Part shown: in pieces, positions 31,643 to 42,646 of the stretch | Position numbering within the stretch: position 1 is the stretch's first letter | Layout of the letters: each line of letters begins with the position of its first letter | Assembly (NCBI GenBank): GCA_963751455.1 | Contig: CAVVUN010000015.1 | Span: 1,344,001-1,408,000, forward strand | Reading direction: 5' to 3' | From: Nitrospirota bacterium | Lineage (GTDB): Bacteria > Nitrospirota > UBA9217 | Length of the DNA stretch: 64,000 nucleotides | The notes under the pieces: generated by a model | Databases searched by the model: none | What the model was told of the DNA's origin: nothing | Seen by the model: the letters and a program-made list of their open reading frames with translations, nothing else | Made by a program: the position numbers and the translations under genes

Positions 31643-34393
31643 ATGCGGAAAAGATCACTAAGCTGTATCGTTTTCATCATCTTCTCTATCGTTAGTTCTT
31701 CAGTCTTCGCCCAATCTCCGCAAATATCGACCGGCCTTACCTGGCTCTACTCTGCTCAAACATCGAGCGGTAACTGGCCGGAAGTGGCGACCACCGATTA
31801 TTACTCCACTACCACAGCGCTTGATGCGGTTTATGCACTCGATTCCTCAAGCCCGGCATACTCTGCGGGCTTCCAGTGGATGACCGGCCAGATCTTTTCT
31901 CCGGTGGATTATCTCTCACGCCGGGTCATTGCACTCACGCGTTCAGGGCAGGATATATCAACCGAATTATCCGGACTTATTCTTTATCACAATTCCGATG
32001 GCGGTTTTGGAGGTGCTGACGGTTACCCCAACAGTTACACCCTCGACACCGCCCTCGCCCTGCAAGCCCTCAAGGCCGCCAATTATTCCGATACGACCGT
32101 TATCGGTCAGTCATTGAACTATCTCACTAAAAATCAAAACTCAGACGGTGGGTGGGGATTCAGGTCCGCGACCGACGCTAGCCCTGCTGATGATAGCAAT
32201 GCGTACGTAACTGCAATCGTTCTCCGTACGCTTGCATTATACGATTCAACATTCAAAATGACAGATTCAATATTAAGGGCATCGGAGTACCTCATTGCCA
32301 AACAAAATGCTGACGGAGGTTTTGGATCTAGTCCTTCCAACATCTATGAAACTGCTCTCTCGATCTTGTCATTAATCGAAAGCGGAAAAGGAAGTAGTTC
32401 GATCATTCAGAACGGGATTCAATATTTGACATCGACGCAAGCATCCGACGGTAGCTGGGGTCAGGACCCATATTATACTGCTCTTGCGCTTCAAGCGCTT
32501 GCTGCTGCAAGGCCGAATCTTACTATTTCCTCAATTTCACTTTCGAATCCGATGCCGAAAGAGAATGTAGAAACAACCATTTCTGCTACGATAAAGAACG
32601 CCGGGTATGATGACGCCTCTAACATTATCGTTCGATTCTTTCTTGGCGACCCGGCAAACGGCGGCATTCAAGTCGGGTCTGATCAAATTATTCCATCTCT
32701 TACCCCGAACTCCTCAACTCCTGTCTCCGTAACTGCTTCATTCACCGGTATTGGCGGCAAGACGATATTCGTTGTCGTTGATCCGGACGGTGTTATCTCT
32801 GAAACATCTGAATCAGACAACAAATCTTCCGCCCGTGTTTGGATTGCAACCGGACCTGATCTTGCTGTTTATTCCGAAGACCTGAAACCATCCACTTATG
32901 TTCCTGTATCAGGAACCGCGTTTACTCTCGGATATAAAGTCCGAAACCTTGGTGAAAGTGCGACAGGAGCATTCACTGTCAGTCTCTACGAAGGCGATCC
33001 TTCGCAATCCGGAGTTCTTTTGCAGACCGTCAATATCTCGGGTCTTGCAGGAACGGAAGTACGCTCAGGATCAATAGGTGTTACCCTTACCGGGAACGGT
33101 TCTCACACGCTTTACCTGACAGCTGACCCCGGAACCCTGATCCCTGAATTATCTGAGACGAACAACACCGGCTCGGTCACTGTCCAGGTAGGAGGCACGC
33201 AGCAGTTTGCGGACCTTATGGTAGGGATGATACAGATTACCCCAGCCCGGCCGACTACTGGTGAGATGGTGCAGATAACCGCGCCGATCCGGAACAAAGG
33301 GTCTGAAGCGGCGTCGTTCTTTACTGTAGAGATATTCGACGGCCTCCCAGATGCCGGAGGCACGCTGATTAACGCGCAAACGATTTCACTTGCGTCTGGC
33401 GCTGAACAGATCATTACCGCGAATTGGGCAATCGCGTCAGGTATTCACGAGCTCTATCTGATCGTGGACCGCTCCAACCAGATCAGCGAGACAAACGAAA
33501 CGAACAATCAAACAACGCTGCGCGTCATGCCTGACATGGTCGACATTTCGATCTCCGCAACAGATTTGACATTTACTCCTGAGCATCCGGTGAACGGGGA
33601 TATTGTGCTTTTGTCAGCCGAACTGCATAATACCGGGATCAAGGACACTGGTGCATTCAACTTTGCACTCTATGACGGAGATCCGGCAGCAGGAGGCACA
33701 CTTTTACAGACCTTCTCCATCGCGAACCTTGCCGGCGACGCAAGCACGACCCTAACCTACAATTTTACCGCTGTTCCCTGGACCTACCGTTTCTATGCAA
33801 TAGCTGATACTGAAAACATTGTCACCGAACTCTACGAGGCAAATAACCAGGCAATCAGCTCGTTAAAGATTAAAGCGCCCGGCGAAATCCTTGGTCCTGA
33901 TAACGTCCCAACAGCGCCGGACCTTACAAGCATGCCCTTCAGCAGCCCGACTTTGACCATCTCCGGTAACGTGAAAACAGCATTCGAAAACACCGGCGAC
34001 ACAAAGATAGCCGATTCCTCCGGCATTATCATCTTCGAGGACAAAAACAACGACGGCAGGTACACGGCAGGAGTGGATACGCTCTTAGGAACAGGCACAT
34101 ATACAATCGCAAAATTCAATGACGATCCCATGTCCGAGTTCGTTCTGCTTATTACCCAGGTTTATTACCATGCACTATATATGAAAGGAAGCGTTTATTT
34201 GATCGAACACGACGGAAAAATAAAATGGGGACCGGTGTATCTGAACGATCTTGCGCCCTATGCCCTGTCCGCGTCATACGACAGTGAGACCATCAAGACC
34301 GGCCTCGATGAAGCCGGTGAGCCGATCATTAACATCCGCATAAACGACAAAGATGTAATTCTGGACAGAGACGGATATCTGAAAAATAAATAG
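31643..34393 (+). CDS. Secreted prenyltransferase-like repeat / CARDB protein (short paralog 1)
   Basis: QNSDGGWG repeats; four CARDB-type repeats ending E..E.NN/DN. Confidence 0.85.
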   Translation: MRKRSLSCIVFIIFSIVSSSVFAQSPQISTGLTWLYSAQTSSGNWPEVATTDYYSTTTALDAVYALDSSSPAYSAGFQWMTGQIFSPVDYLSRRVIALTRSGQDISTELSGLILYHNSDGGFGGADGYPNSYTLDTALALQALKAANYSDTTVIGQSLNYLTKNQNSDGGWGFRSATDASPADDSNAYVTAIVLRTLALYDSTFKMTDSILRASEYLIAKQNADGGFGSSPSNIYETALSILSLIESGKGSSSIIQNGIQYLTSTQASDGSWGQDPYYTALALQALAAARPNLTISSISLSNPMPKENVETTISATIKNAGYDDASNIIVRFFLGDPANGGIQVGSDQIIPSLTPNSSTPVSVTASFTGIGGKTIFVVVDPDGVISETSESDNKSSARVWIATGPDLAVYSEDLKPSTYVPVSGTAFTLGYKVRNLGESATGAFTVSLYEGDPSQSGVLLQTVNISGLAGTEVRSGSIGVTLTGNGSHTLYLTADPGTLIPELSETNNTGSVTVQVGGTQQFADLMVGMIQITPARPTTGEMVQITAPIRNKGSEAASFFTVEIFDGLPDAGGTLINAQTISLASGAEQIITANWAIASGIHELYLIVDRSNQISETNETNNQTTLRVMPDMVDISISATDLTFTPEHPVNGDIVLLSAELHNTGIKDTGAFNFALYDGDPAAGGTLLQTFSIANLAGDASTTLTYNFTAVPWTYRFYAIADTENIVTELYEANNQAISSLKIKAPGEILGPDNVPTAPDLTSMPFSSPTLTISGNVKTAFENTGDTKIADSSGIIIFEDKNNDGRYTAGVDTLLGTGTYTIAKFNDDPMSEFVLLITQVYYHALYMKGSVYLIEHDGKIKWGPVYLNDLAPYALSASYDSETIKTGLDEAGEPIINIRINDKDVILDRDGYLKNK

Positions 34394-34436
34394 AGCCAGA
34401 ATATATGGCATAAGAATAAATTGAGGGAAGAGGGTT

Positions 34437-34889
34437 ATGCCGGAAATCTATCTGCTGAACGCGGAACACCTGATCCAGGATTACCTGGACACCGCGCATG
34501 CTATCGGGCGAGAACCGAACTACACGCATTTTCATACCAGGCACCGCCATTGTCTGAAAGTCCTCGTTCGCGTGTTCGGCAAGCCCGGCTGGAGCAATCT
34601 CCAAAAAGCCGCAGCCGGAAAAAAGTGGAGAGCGGGCCTCCGCAAGCATGGACTGCGCACCGGCGCAGTGGCAGCAGGACCGAGGAGGACATTGAACCCG
34701 GTAAGAACAGAAGGAGAGATACTCGAAGAGATATGGGCGATCTACCGCGCACTTATAGCGGCAAATCAGGCCGGAAAAAAGAAAAAATCATCGAAAGAAC
34801 AGAGAAATGTATGGAAACTGAGTAACAGGCTCAACGACTTGTTCTATGAAACCGGACGCGTTATCTCACTGAAGGAAGCATTTAAATAG
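34437..34889 (+). CDS. Hypothetical protein
   Basis: 150-aa ORF with RBS gaggg; basic. Confidence 0.55.
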   Translation: MPEIYLLNAEHLIQDYLDTAHAIGREPNYTHFHTRHRHCLKVLVRVFGKPGWSNLQKAAAGKKWRAGLRKHGLRTGAVAAGPRRTLNPVRTEGEILEEIWAIYRALIAANQAGKKKKSSKEQRNVWKLSNRLNDLFYETGRVISLKEAFK

Positions 34890-34928
34890 AAAACTATCAA
34901 AAGAACCGGCGAGAACAAAATGGAAGGA

Positions 34929-35276
34929 TCATACTTTCTGAAATGTTTTGCTTAACAATTTCAGAGCTTGCTTGATGAGGCGCAAATCGGGCTTTGATAA
35001 TTTTGCTAACGGATTTTTCTCTTTAACAGAAATACGCTTGATTTGCGGCTTTGCCTTGGAAAAGAAGCTACCCAGCTGCACTCCCAGTGCAGAGGCAATT
35101 TTTACTATGGAATCGAGGCTCACATTGACCCGGCCGCGTTCCAGTTCGCCGATAAATTTATAATTCAAGGAGGCCTTTTCGCCAAGCTCTTCCTGCGTGA
35201 TCCCGGCGGCATTCCTGAGTTCCCGTATCCGCTCGCCGATTATTTTTCGCGTGGCCTTGATCTTACCGATCTTCAT
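34929..35276 (-). CDS. XRE-family HTH regulator
   Basis: IGERIRELRNAAGITQEELGEK...IGELERG..NVSLDSIVKIASALGV. Confidence 0.9.
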   Translation of the reverse strand: MKIGKIKATRKIIGERIRELRNAAGITQEELGEKASLNYKFIGELERGRVNVSLDSIVKIASALGVQLGSFFSKAKPQIKRISVKEKNPLAKLSKPDLRLIKQALKLLSKTFQKV

Positions 35277-35740
35277 GAAGCTGATTATAGGCAATCCGTG
35301 AAAAACAATAAACCATGCATATAAGGTCAATATTGAATACGATATAGCCGTATATGTAGGGTATTAATCAAACTCTAGTTTGAAGCGGGAGCGCCGTTAT
35401 TAAGCATCATGGGTTTACGCATTAAACAAAAGAAAAGACAATAGTTTGATTTTATTACTATTTATATTTTTTCTGAGTTGCGCCGTTTAAATGTTACTAA
35501 AGTTGTAATTTTACGTTGACACGAAAAAGACTTTTATGCTTAAATGAATATGTATTTCCATCCGCCTTTCAGCTTTATCTTTCTTCTTGCGCGTTTAGCT
35601 CGTAAAAAACTTAACCGTTCAACTTCAAAGGGTCGCAGTTAGATCAGTATCCTGTTCGTATTATTGCTGCAAACAAAGAAACGCGAACCAAAGTTCGCGG
35701 CTGCCTATAGGCTTTAAAACCTGAACACAGGAGAGCAATT

Positions 35741-38700
35741 ATGCGCGTCTATACTTTCGGCTTCCGAATTACGGTCTGGGCTGTACTCTCGCTATTTTTA
35801 TGGTGCTATGGGCCTTTGTTCCAGATACAAATGGCCTGGGCCGCTTCGCCGGAGCCGCGTAAGACGCCGCAAGCGCAGAACGAAAAGCCGAAACCGGCAT
35901 CGGCATCGGAACGATTTCAGGCCGCGCTTGAGGATATCCGCGAGTCAGCCGGTAAAGCAGGTGACAGGGTCGCGAAAAACGAGGACACCTCATCGGAACT
36001 CGAGACTATAAAGACAAAGCGGACGGAACTCGATTCTCTTCGGGCTGAACTCAAAAAAGAATTCGATAGTACAGGCAAACGTCTCAGGGACGGGAAGCTT
36101 CCAAGCGAAATCATATCCCGCCACGAAAAATTCGTCGAGAATTTTGAACGCAATTACAAGGAACTGCAGGATGCGCTCAGTGCAGTAGAGCAGGCGAAAA
36201 AGAAAGAAGAGAAGCAGCGAGCATACCAAAAAGCAAAAGCATTCCTGGAAAAGACCAGGCCGCAGCGGAAAAATATTCCTCTCGATCCGAGTCGCTTGCC
36301 GCATCGCGCTATCAAGGCAAAACCAAAAGCCCCGCGATTGACCGCCGAAGAGTATCAGCGCGATTTTCCGAAGCAAAAGTTGCGGAGCAAACAGAAGGTT
36401 GCGGAAACCCGCTTATTGCCAGATCTCTTGGCAAGCAAACAACAACCTAAACCGGTTCTCTTGGCTTTCAATGAAACCGCCAGCGATATTACTTTTTCAG
36501 TCGGCTCTGACGCAATCACCCTGCAGCCCGATCTTTCCGTCACTGCATTCGAACCGCTGCTGCTCGCGCAAGCCGCGTCTAACCTTCCGACGCCGGAGGA
36601 TCTCGCCTCCACCCCCGAGATAAATTCCGATTCGCCGCTCATTCGCGCCAAGGCAGAGGAACTGGGCTGTGCGCCTGCACGCCTGTACACTTGGACCAGG
36701 AACACCATAGAATTCGTACCCACCTACGGCTCAATTCAAGGGGCCGAGATGTGCCTTCAGACAAAGCAATGCAATTCCATCGATACAAATTCTTTATTGG
36801 CCGCGTTAATGCGTTCATGCAATATCCCCGCGCGCCTGAATATCGGAACAATCGAGGTCCCGATTGAGAAACTGATGAATTGGGCGGGTGGATTTAGTGA
36901 CCCGACCGCAGCTTTGAATTATCTTGCCAGCGGCGGAATACCCGTCACCGGGTTGCGGTCGGGCGGCAAAATATACGCGGCGAGACTCGAAACCGCATGG
37001 CTCCGCGTTTTCGTCGACTATATCCCGTCACGAGGGGCTGTACATAAAGAAGGCGACACTTTCATCCCCCTTGACGCCAGTTTTAAACAATATACCTACA
37101 AAACAGGTCTCGATGTTCAGCAAATAACAGGCTTTGACCCTTCCGCTTTTGCGAATTCCTTAATAAACAGCGGTGTCACCGACCCTGCCACTGGGTCGAT
37201 CACAGGAATAAACGCTACCTTCATTCAAACGCAGATTGACGCAGCCAAAACTTTACTCGAAACACATATAGAAACATTACAAGATCCTACCGTTGGCGAT
37301 ATCATAGGCGCCAAAAATATTATACAGGAAGATCTTGAGCTTCTTCCCGCGAGCCTTCCCTATAAGACCATTCTAACAGGCTCGGAATTCGCTGACATTC
37401 CCGATTCTCTTCGGTATAAAGTCGGGATATCGATATACGATCCACAGACAATGGCACAATCGATGAGTGTCACTTATTCAACCGCGTACTTGGCGGGCAA
37501 ACGGATAACTTTAGCGTACATGCCTGCCACACAGACAGATGCACAGACTTTAGAAACTTATGGATATTACAACACCAAGCCATATCTCGTAAATCTCAAG
37601 CCTGTTCTCAAGATAGATGGTATCACGGTCAACAGCGGTGGCAATACAGGCATGGGTATGATGCAGGACCTGACTGTTACGTTTATACCTCCCAATGGTT
37701 CAACGGATATGGTTACTCACAAGATACCTGCATCAACATACGCCTCGCTCGGGCTCGACTTGCAAAGAGTATCTAAAAGTCTTCTTGACAACAGGAATGC
37801 GCAGCTCAGCGCCGCTGTAAACCTGCTCGGACAGCAAGACGTTGCCGTGGATGATATCCTCGGTGAGACTCTTAATCTGCACAATCTTGGTTATTTTTCT
37901 CAGGTAGAGACCACAAACCGAATGCTCGCGACAGGCAAGGTAGCATACTCAAAACAACCTGCCGAGATGCTCACAACCTTGGCGCCGACCATTTCGTATC
38001 TCTACGGAGTCCCGTACAGCATCGGCTCTATCGGAACCAATATAGATGTTAAACGCTATCCCATGAATGTGATCTCGCTACAGGGTAACATGAATGACGA
38101 AATAGCTTTTATGACCGCGTCCGGAACAAGCGGGTCTGCATATGAACATACGATTATTGAAGAACTTCATCAAGATGCGCAGGGCGTCTCTGCGGTAAAG
38201 ATTATTAGCATCGCAAATCAACAGGGCATCCCAATATATACAATAGATTCCAGTAACAGCGCGACGGTACTGCCAAGACTGCGGATATCCTCGGAAACCA
38301 TGTCAAATATTCAGAATGCGATTGCCGCTGGAATGCGGGTCATTATTCCTGAACAATCAATTCAATATTTTGATTGGCACGGTGAGGGGTTCATTGTCAC
38401 TGATCCCTCCAGTGGTGCTGCTGCATATATGCTTTCAGGCGGATTGGCAGGGGGTGGAACTTCTTCACAGCTTGACCAATTGAGCAGTTTTTTTAGTGAC
38501 ATGCTGAAAAACTTTGCTTTCGATTTCACTAAAGCGCTAATCACTTTTCTTTTCAAGGCAGGCGCCGGAGTAGCTTCAAAGTTGGCAAGCATAGCCGGGT
38601 ATATTACTATGGGTCTTTCCGCAATTAAGACATATAATGATATGTTTGACGCTACAGGAGGAGATTCATTGAAGGCCAAATCTGCAGCTGTTCTTGATCT

Positions 38701-38920
38701 CGCTATGAGTGTGATGGCCTCGATATACATTGGGGCTATAATGTTTGCAGCAACAGGATTTGGGGCAGCTGTTGCTGGAATTCTCCTTGTCGCTATAATT
38801 GCAACCCTAATAGAAATGCTTTTCTTGGCATTGATCGAGTATGCAAGCGTCCCAAGTATATCTCGAAAAAAGTACTTTGCTATGATAACGTCACCGTGGA
38901 GGTATTGTTATGCTGCGTAA
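35741..38920 (+). CDS. Transglutaminase-like carrier 2 with hydrophobic C-terminal domain
   Basis: Paralogous to carrier 1 up to GAAAYMLSGGLAGG, then Ala/Gly/Ile-rich hydrophobic helices. Confidence 0.8.
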   Translation: MRVYTFGFRITVWAVLSLFLWCYGPLFQIQMAWAASPEPRKTPQAQNEKPKPASASERFQAALEDIRESAGKAGDRVAKNEDTSSELETIKTKRTELDSLRAELKKEFDSTGKRLRDGKLPSEIISRHEKFVENFERNYKELQDALSAVEQAKKKEEKQRAYQKAKAFLEKTRPQRKNIPLDPSRLPHRAIKAKPKAPRLTAEEYQRDFPKQKLRSKQKVAETRLLPDLLASKQQPKPVLLAFNETASDITFSVGSDAITLQPDLSVTAFEPLLLAQAASNLPTPEDLASTPEINSDSPLIRAKAEELGCAPARLYTWTRNTIEFVPTYGSIQGAEMCLQTKQCNSIDTNSLLAALMRSCNIPARLNIGTIEVPIEKLMNWAGGFSDPTAALNYLASGGIPVTGLRSGGKIYAARLETAWLRVFVDYIPSRGAVHKEGDTFIPLDASFKQYTYKTGLDVQQITGFDPSAFANSLINSGVTDPATGSITGINATFIQTQIDAAKTLLETHIETLQDPTVGDIIGAKNIIQEDLELLPASLPYKTILTGSEFADIPDSLRYKVGISIYDPQTMAQSMSVTYSTAYLAGKRITLAYMPATQTDAQTLETYGYYNTKPYLVNLKPVLKIDGITVNSGGNTGMGMMQDLTVTFIPPNGSTDMVTHKIPASTYASLGLDLQRVSKSLLDNRNAQLSAAVNLLGQQDVAVDDILGETLNLHNLGYFSQVETTNRMLATGKVAYSKQPAEMLTTLAPTISYLYGVPYSIGSIGTNIDVKRYPMNVISLQGNMNDEIAFMTASGTSGSAYEHTIIEELHQDAQGVSAVKIISIANQQGIPIYTIDSSNSATVLPRLRISSETMSNIQNAIAAGMRVIIPEQSIQYFDWHGEGFIVTDPSSGAAAYMLSGGLAGGGTSSQLDQLSSFFSDMLKNFAFDFTKALITFLFKAGAGVASKLASIAGYITMGLSAIKTYNDMFDATGGDSLKAKSAAVLDLAMSVMASIYIGAIMFAATGFGAAVAGILLVAIIATLIEMLFLALIEYASVPSISRKKYFAMITSPWRYCYAA

Positions 38921-39803
38921 TAAAATTTACATTAGGCCTTCTTTTCTTGTAGCCTTATGGTATGTTTTGTTTTTTGTGTCGATAATGATAATGACATTGC
39001 CAATAACTTTTTTTAAGAATATCTATCGTTTTCATCGGCATCCTGGAACATATCTCATGGTAGACGCTGTCAGCTCGGTATTGATCCTCTTCATCGGTTG
39101 GATACTTTGGCGAAAGGCTACTTTTGCCAAAAAAGATCTTGTTGAACTAGCATATGACCTGGGGGTTCGTTTCATAAAAAAAAGAACGAAAATAAGTCTG
39201 CGTTATTATGGAAAATATCGTTTTGCCTATGGATGGTTAGATGACATCCATGTTACTGCACTTATCCTCTCGCCGTTCTTCTCGTATTTTCCAGGAGAAG
39301 GATCAACTGGTTTAGCTTTCTCAAAGCAGCAGGACTCGTCTGTTGCTTCGGAATCTGCGATCAGAAACCGAACAAGATGGGAAAAATTTCAGGCGTACAT
39401 GTTTAGCGGCCGAAAGGGTGGACCGAGCGGACAGGAAAGTCATGCGGAACTATTTGCCCTCATCAAGGGTCCATATAATATTGATGCTGTTATTGAGTTA
39501 GAGGAAGGTAAAGGCAAAATCCCTGCGACAGGCTGCCCGGAGATTGATGAAGCTCTCAAAAAGCATCTTTCGGGTGCGCCTTATTTTAATGCCAGACTGA
39601 TATTCAATAAGGACTGTTTGAGAATGGCTATTATTGGTGGATCATGGGAGGGAAAACGGTTCGGTGACAAGATTCAAAAGGGTTTTGAAATGTTCAAGCA
39701 GATGCACGATGCGCTCAAGACAAAATATCCTGCCGAGCCCTGGGATAAATATCAAGTCAAATGGAATAGATCGGAAGAAACTTTTTATTTGGCAGGTAAG
39801 TGA
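38910..39803 (+). CDS. Membrane protein (candidate immunity 2)
   Basis: Overlaps the carrier 2 stop; two N-terminal TM helices; AT-rich. Confidence 0.65.
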   Translation: MLRNKIYIRPSFLVALWYVLFFVSIMIMTLPITFFKNIYRFHRHPGTYLMVDAVSSVLILFIGWILWRKATFAKKDLVELAYDLGVRFIKKRTKISLRYYGKYRFAYGWLDDIHVTALILSPFFSYFPGEGSTGLAFSKQQDSSVASESAIRNRTRWEKFQAYMFSGRKGGPSGQESHAELFALIKGPYNIDAVIELEEGKGKIPATGCPEIDEALKKHLSGAPYFNARLIFNKDCLRMAIIGGSWEGKRFGDKIQKGFEMFKQMHDALKTKYPAEPWDKYQVKWNRSEETFYLAGK

Positions 39804-39871
39804 TTGAGTAAATAATATTGCGTTGATTAGCTGGTGCATCTCAATAAAACAAGATTGCCGAGGTATAAGCC

Positions 39872-42646
39872 ATGAGACGAGCATTATTGATTGCTTTAAT
39901 ACTTTTCTGCTTTGTGACTGTGAATAAAGCAATTGCACAGAGTCAGACTGTAACAAATGGACTCAGCTACCTATCAGCAACGCAGAATCCTGACGGATCG
40001 TGGAGTGGCCCTGCTACCTCTGCTGTTTACAACACTTTTACATCACTTGAGGCTCTATTGGCTTTCAATAAAATTGATGCCAATTACGGTGTAGGCCTGC
40101 AATGGTGCCAATCGTATCCTGCCGTCAATGTCGATTATCTATCGAACAGAATCATGTTGCTGTCCAGAAGCAATCTCAGCTATACGGATGATTTAAATAC
40201 TTTGCTTTCCCTCTGCAACACGGACACCGGTGGATGGGGGTTGAAATCTTATTCAAACGACCTTCTCGATACTGCTCTTGCTCTCCAGGCGCTTAAGGCT
40301 GCAAACTATTCCGACTATTCGATACTGGCTCAAGCAATCAACTTTCTCACCTCGACTCAAAATTCAGATGGGGGTTGGGGCAGTACTGTTGGCGGTGAAA
40401 GTACTAATTATGTCACGGCACTGGTGCTGAAAGCATTGAGTGAATACAGCCGAGTCATTATCATGCAGGAAACAATCAGCAAGGCCTCTTCATATCTTCT
40501 CTCCAAACAAAATACTGATGGTGGATTTGGCAACTCGCCTTCCACCGTCTACGATACGGCATTATCTGTTATCTCTTTAATAGACAGTGGCAGCAACAGC
40601 ACGCAGTCAATTGTGAACGGGATAAATTATCTCGCATCATATCAGTCTCCGGACGGTAGCTGGGATCAGGACCCGTATTATACGGCGCTTGCTCTTCAGG
40701 CATTGGCTGCTGCGCGACCAAATCTTACTGTTAGCAATATCTCTCTCTCCCAACCCATGCCCAGGGAAGGGGAGGAGACGATAATTACGGCGACAATAAA
40801 GAATGCCGGTTTTGAAGACACTTCCAATGTAGTGGTGCGTTTCTATATTGGTGACCCTTCGGCGGGAGGGGTTCAGATCGGTGTTGATCAAATAATTCCG
40901 TCTTTATCTGTTAATTCAACAGCGCAGGTCTCAGTAAATTCATCTTTCTCAGGAACAGGCGGCAAGACAATATTCGTTGTTGTTGATCCGGACAACAGCA
41001 TCTCCGAAACATCTGAATCCGACAATAAATCCTCCGCCCGTATTTGGGTGGCGACGGGGCCTGATCTGGCGGTTTATTCCGAAGACCTGAAACCGTCCAC
41101 GTATGTCCCGGTATCGGGAACTCCGTTCACTCTTGGATATAAGATCAGAAATTTGGGTGAGTCGGGTACAGGTGCATTTTCTGTAGCGCTCTATGATGGT
41201 GCGCCGGATGCAGGCGGTACTCTTCTTCAAACCGTCAATATTTCCGGTCTTGCAGGGACGGAAGTACGAAGCGGGAGTGTCGGCGTTACATTGACCGGCA
41301 ACGGTTCACACACCCTATATCTTGTCGCAGATAAGGATAATGCGGTCACTGAAATATCCAAAACCAACAATACCGGCTCAGTTACCGTCCAGGTAGGAGG
41401 TACGCAGAAGTTTGCGGACCTTATGGTAGGGATGATACAGATTACCCCAGCCCGGCCGACTACTGGTGAGATGGTGCAGATAACCGCGCCGATCCGGAAC
41501 AAAGGGTCTGAAGCGGCGTCGTTCTTTACTGTAGAGATATTCGACGGCCTCCCAGATGCCGGAGGCACGCTGATTAACGCGCAAACGATTTCACTTGCGT
41601 CTGGCGCTGAACAGATCATTACCGCGAATTGGGCAATCGCGTCAGGTATTCACGATCTCTATCTGATCGTTGACCGCTCCAACCAGATCAACGAGACAAA
41701 CGAAACGAACAATCAAACAACGCTGCGCGTCATGCCTGACATGGTCGACCTTTTGATCTCTGCAACAGATTTGACATTCACGCCTGAGCATCCGGTGAAC
41801 GGGGATATTGTGCTTTTGTCAGCCGAACTGCATAATACCGGGATCAAGGACACTGGTGCATTCAACTTTGCACTCTATGACGGAGATCCGGCAGCAGGAG
41901 GCACACTTTTAAAGACCTTCTCCATCGCGAACATTGCCGGTGATGCAAGCACGACCGTAACCTACAATCTTACCGCTGTTCCCTGGACCTACCGGTTCTA
42001 TGCCATTGCCGACACGGAAAACGTCGTCACCGAACTTTACGAGGCAAACAACCTCGCAATCCGCTCCCTCAAGATAAAAGCCCCCGGGGAAATCCTCGGC
42101 CCGGACCTTGTCCCAATTGATATCGATCTTACAGAAGCAACCACCAACTCCCAGACCCTTGCACTATCCGGCAAAGCAAAGGTCACGTTCCAGAATAAAG
42201 GAAATGACAAAGTCATCATATTCGACGATAAAGACAACGATAATCGTTACACGGCAGAAACGGACACATTACTCGGCACGGGCGCTATTGCAATAAAGAA
42301 TCTCGATGATGATCAATATTCCGAGATCGTTCTCCTCATTACCCATGTACAATCCCAGCCTGTATATATGGAAGGAAGCGTCTATCTGCTGGAACACGAC
42401 GGCAACGTCAAATGGGGGCCGGTATATCTCAACAATCTTGCGCCCGATGCGCTGTCCGCGTCGTATAATGGTGCGAAGGTCAAGACCGACCTCGATGAAG
42501 CCGGTGAGCCGCTCATCATCATCAACATAAACGATAAAGACGTAATTCTGGACAGGGACGGATATTTGTGGCAGCGGTCCGAACAAAGAAGATCGCCGCT
42601 CAACCAGATAAACAAGTCAAACGTGACGAACAATACCTCACGATGA
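39872..42646 (+). CDS. Secreted prenyltransferase-like repeat / CARDB protein (short paralog 2)
   Basis: Same architecture as 31643-34393 with a near-identical central block. Confidence 0.85.
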   Translation: MRRALLIALILFCFVTVNKAIAQSQTVTNGLSYLSATQNPDGSWSGPATSAVYNTFTSLEALLAFNKIDANYGVGLQWCQSYPAVNVDYLSNRIMLLSRSNLSYTDDLNTLLSLCNTDTGGWGLKSYSNDLLDTALALQALKAANYSDYSILAQAINFLTSTQNSDGGWGSTVGGESTNYVTALVLKALSEYSRVIIMQETISKASSYLLSKQNTDGGFGNSPSTVYDTALSVISLIDSGSNSTQSIVNGINYLASYQSPDGSWDQDPYYTALALQALAAARPNLTVSNISLSQPMPREGEETIITATIKNAGFEDTSNVVVRFYIGDPSAGGVQIGVDQIIPSLSVNSTAQVSVNSSFSGTGGKTIFVVVDPDNSISETSESDNKSSARIWVATGPDLAVYSEDLKPSTYVPVSGTPFTLGYKIRNLGESGTGAFSVALYDGAPDAGGTLLQTVNISGLAGTEVRSGSVGVTLTGNGSHTLYLVADKDNAVTEISKTNNTGSVTVQVGGTQKFADLMVGMIQITPARPTTGEMVQITAPIRNKGSEAASFFTVEIFDGLPDAGGTLINAQTISLASGAEQIITANWAIASGIHDLYLIVDRSNQINETNETNNQTTLRVMPDMVDLLISATDLTFTPEHPVNGDIVLLSAELHNTGIKDTGAFNFALYDGDPAAGGTLLKTFSIANIAGDASTTVTYNLTAVPWTYRFYAIADTENVVTELYEANNLAIRSLKIKAPGEILGPDLVPIDIDLTEATTNSQTLALSGKAKVTFQNKGNDKVIIFDDKDNDNRYTAETDTLLGTGAIAIKNLDDDQYSEIVLLITHVQSQPVYMEGSVYLLEHDGNVKWGPVYLNNLAPDALSASYNGAKVKTDLDEAGEPLIIININDKDVILDRDGYLWQRSEQRRSPLNQINKSNVTNNTSR

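Noticed and set aside
31700-32520. Squalene-hopene cyclase or alpha-2-macroglobulin thioester domain
   Set aside because: Only the QxxDG(G/S)W repeats are present; no DxDD or CxEQ motif, and the protein is secreted and fused to CARDB.
33170-42100. Diversity-generating retroelement template/variable repeats
   Set aside because: Near-identical blocks are paralogous coding regions with no evident adenine-specific differences, and no reverse transcriptase is present.
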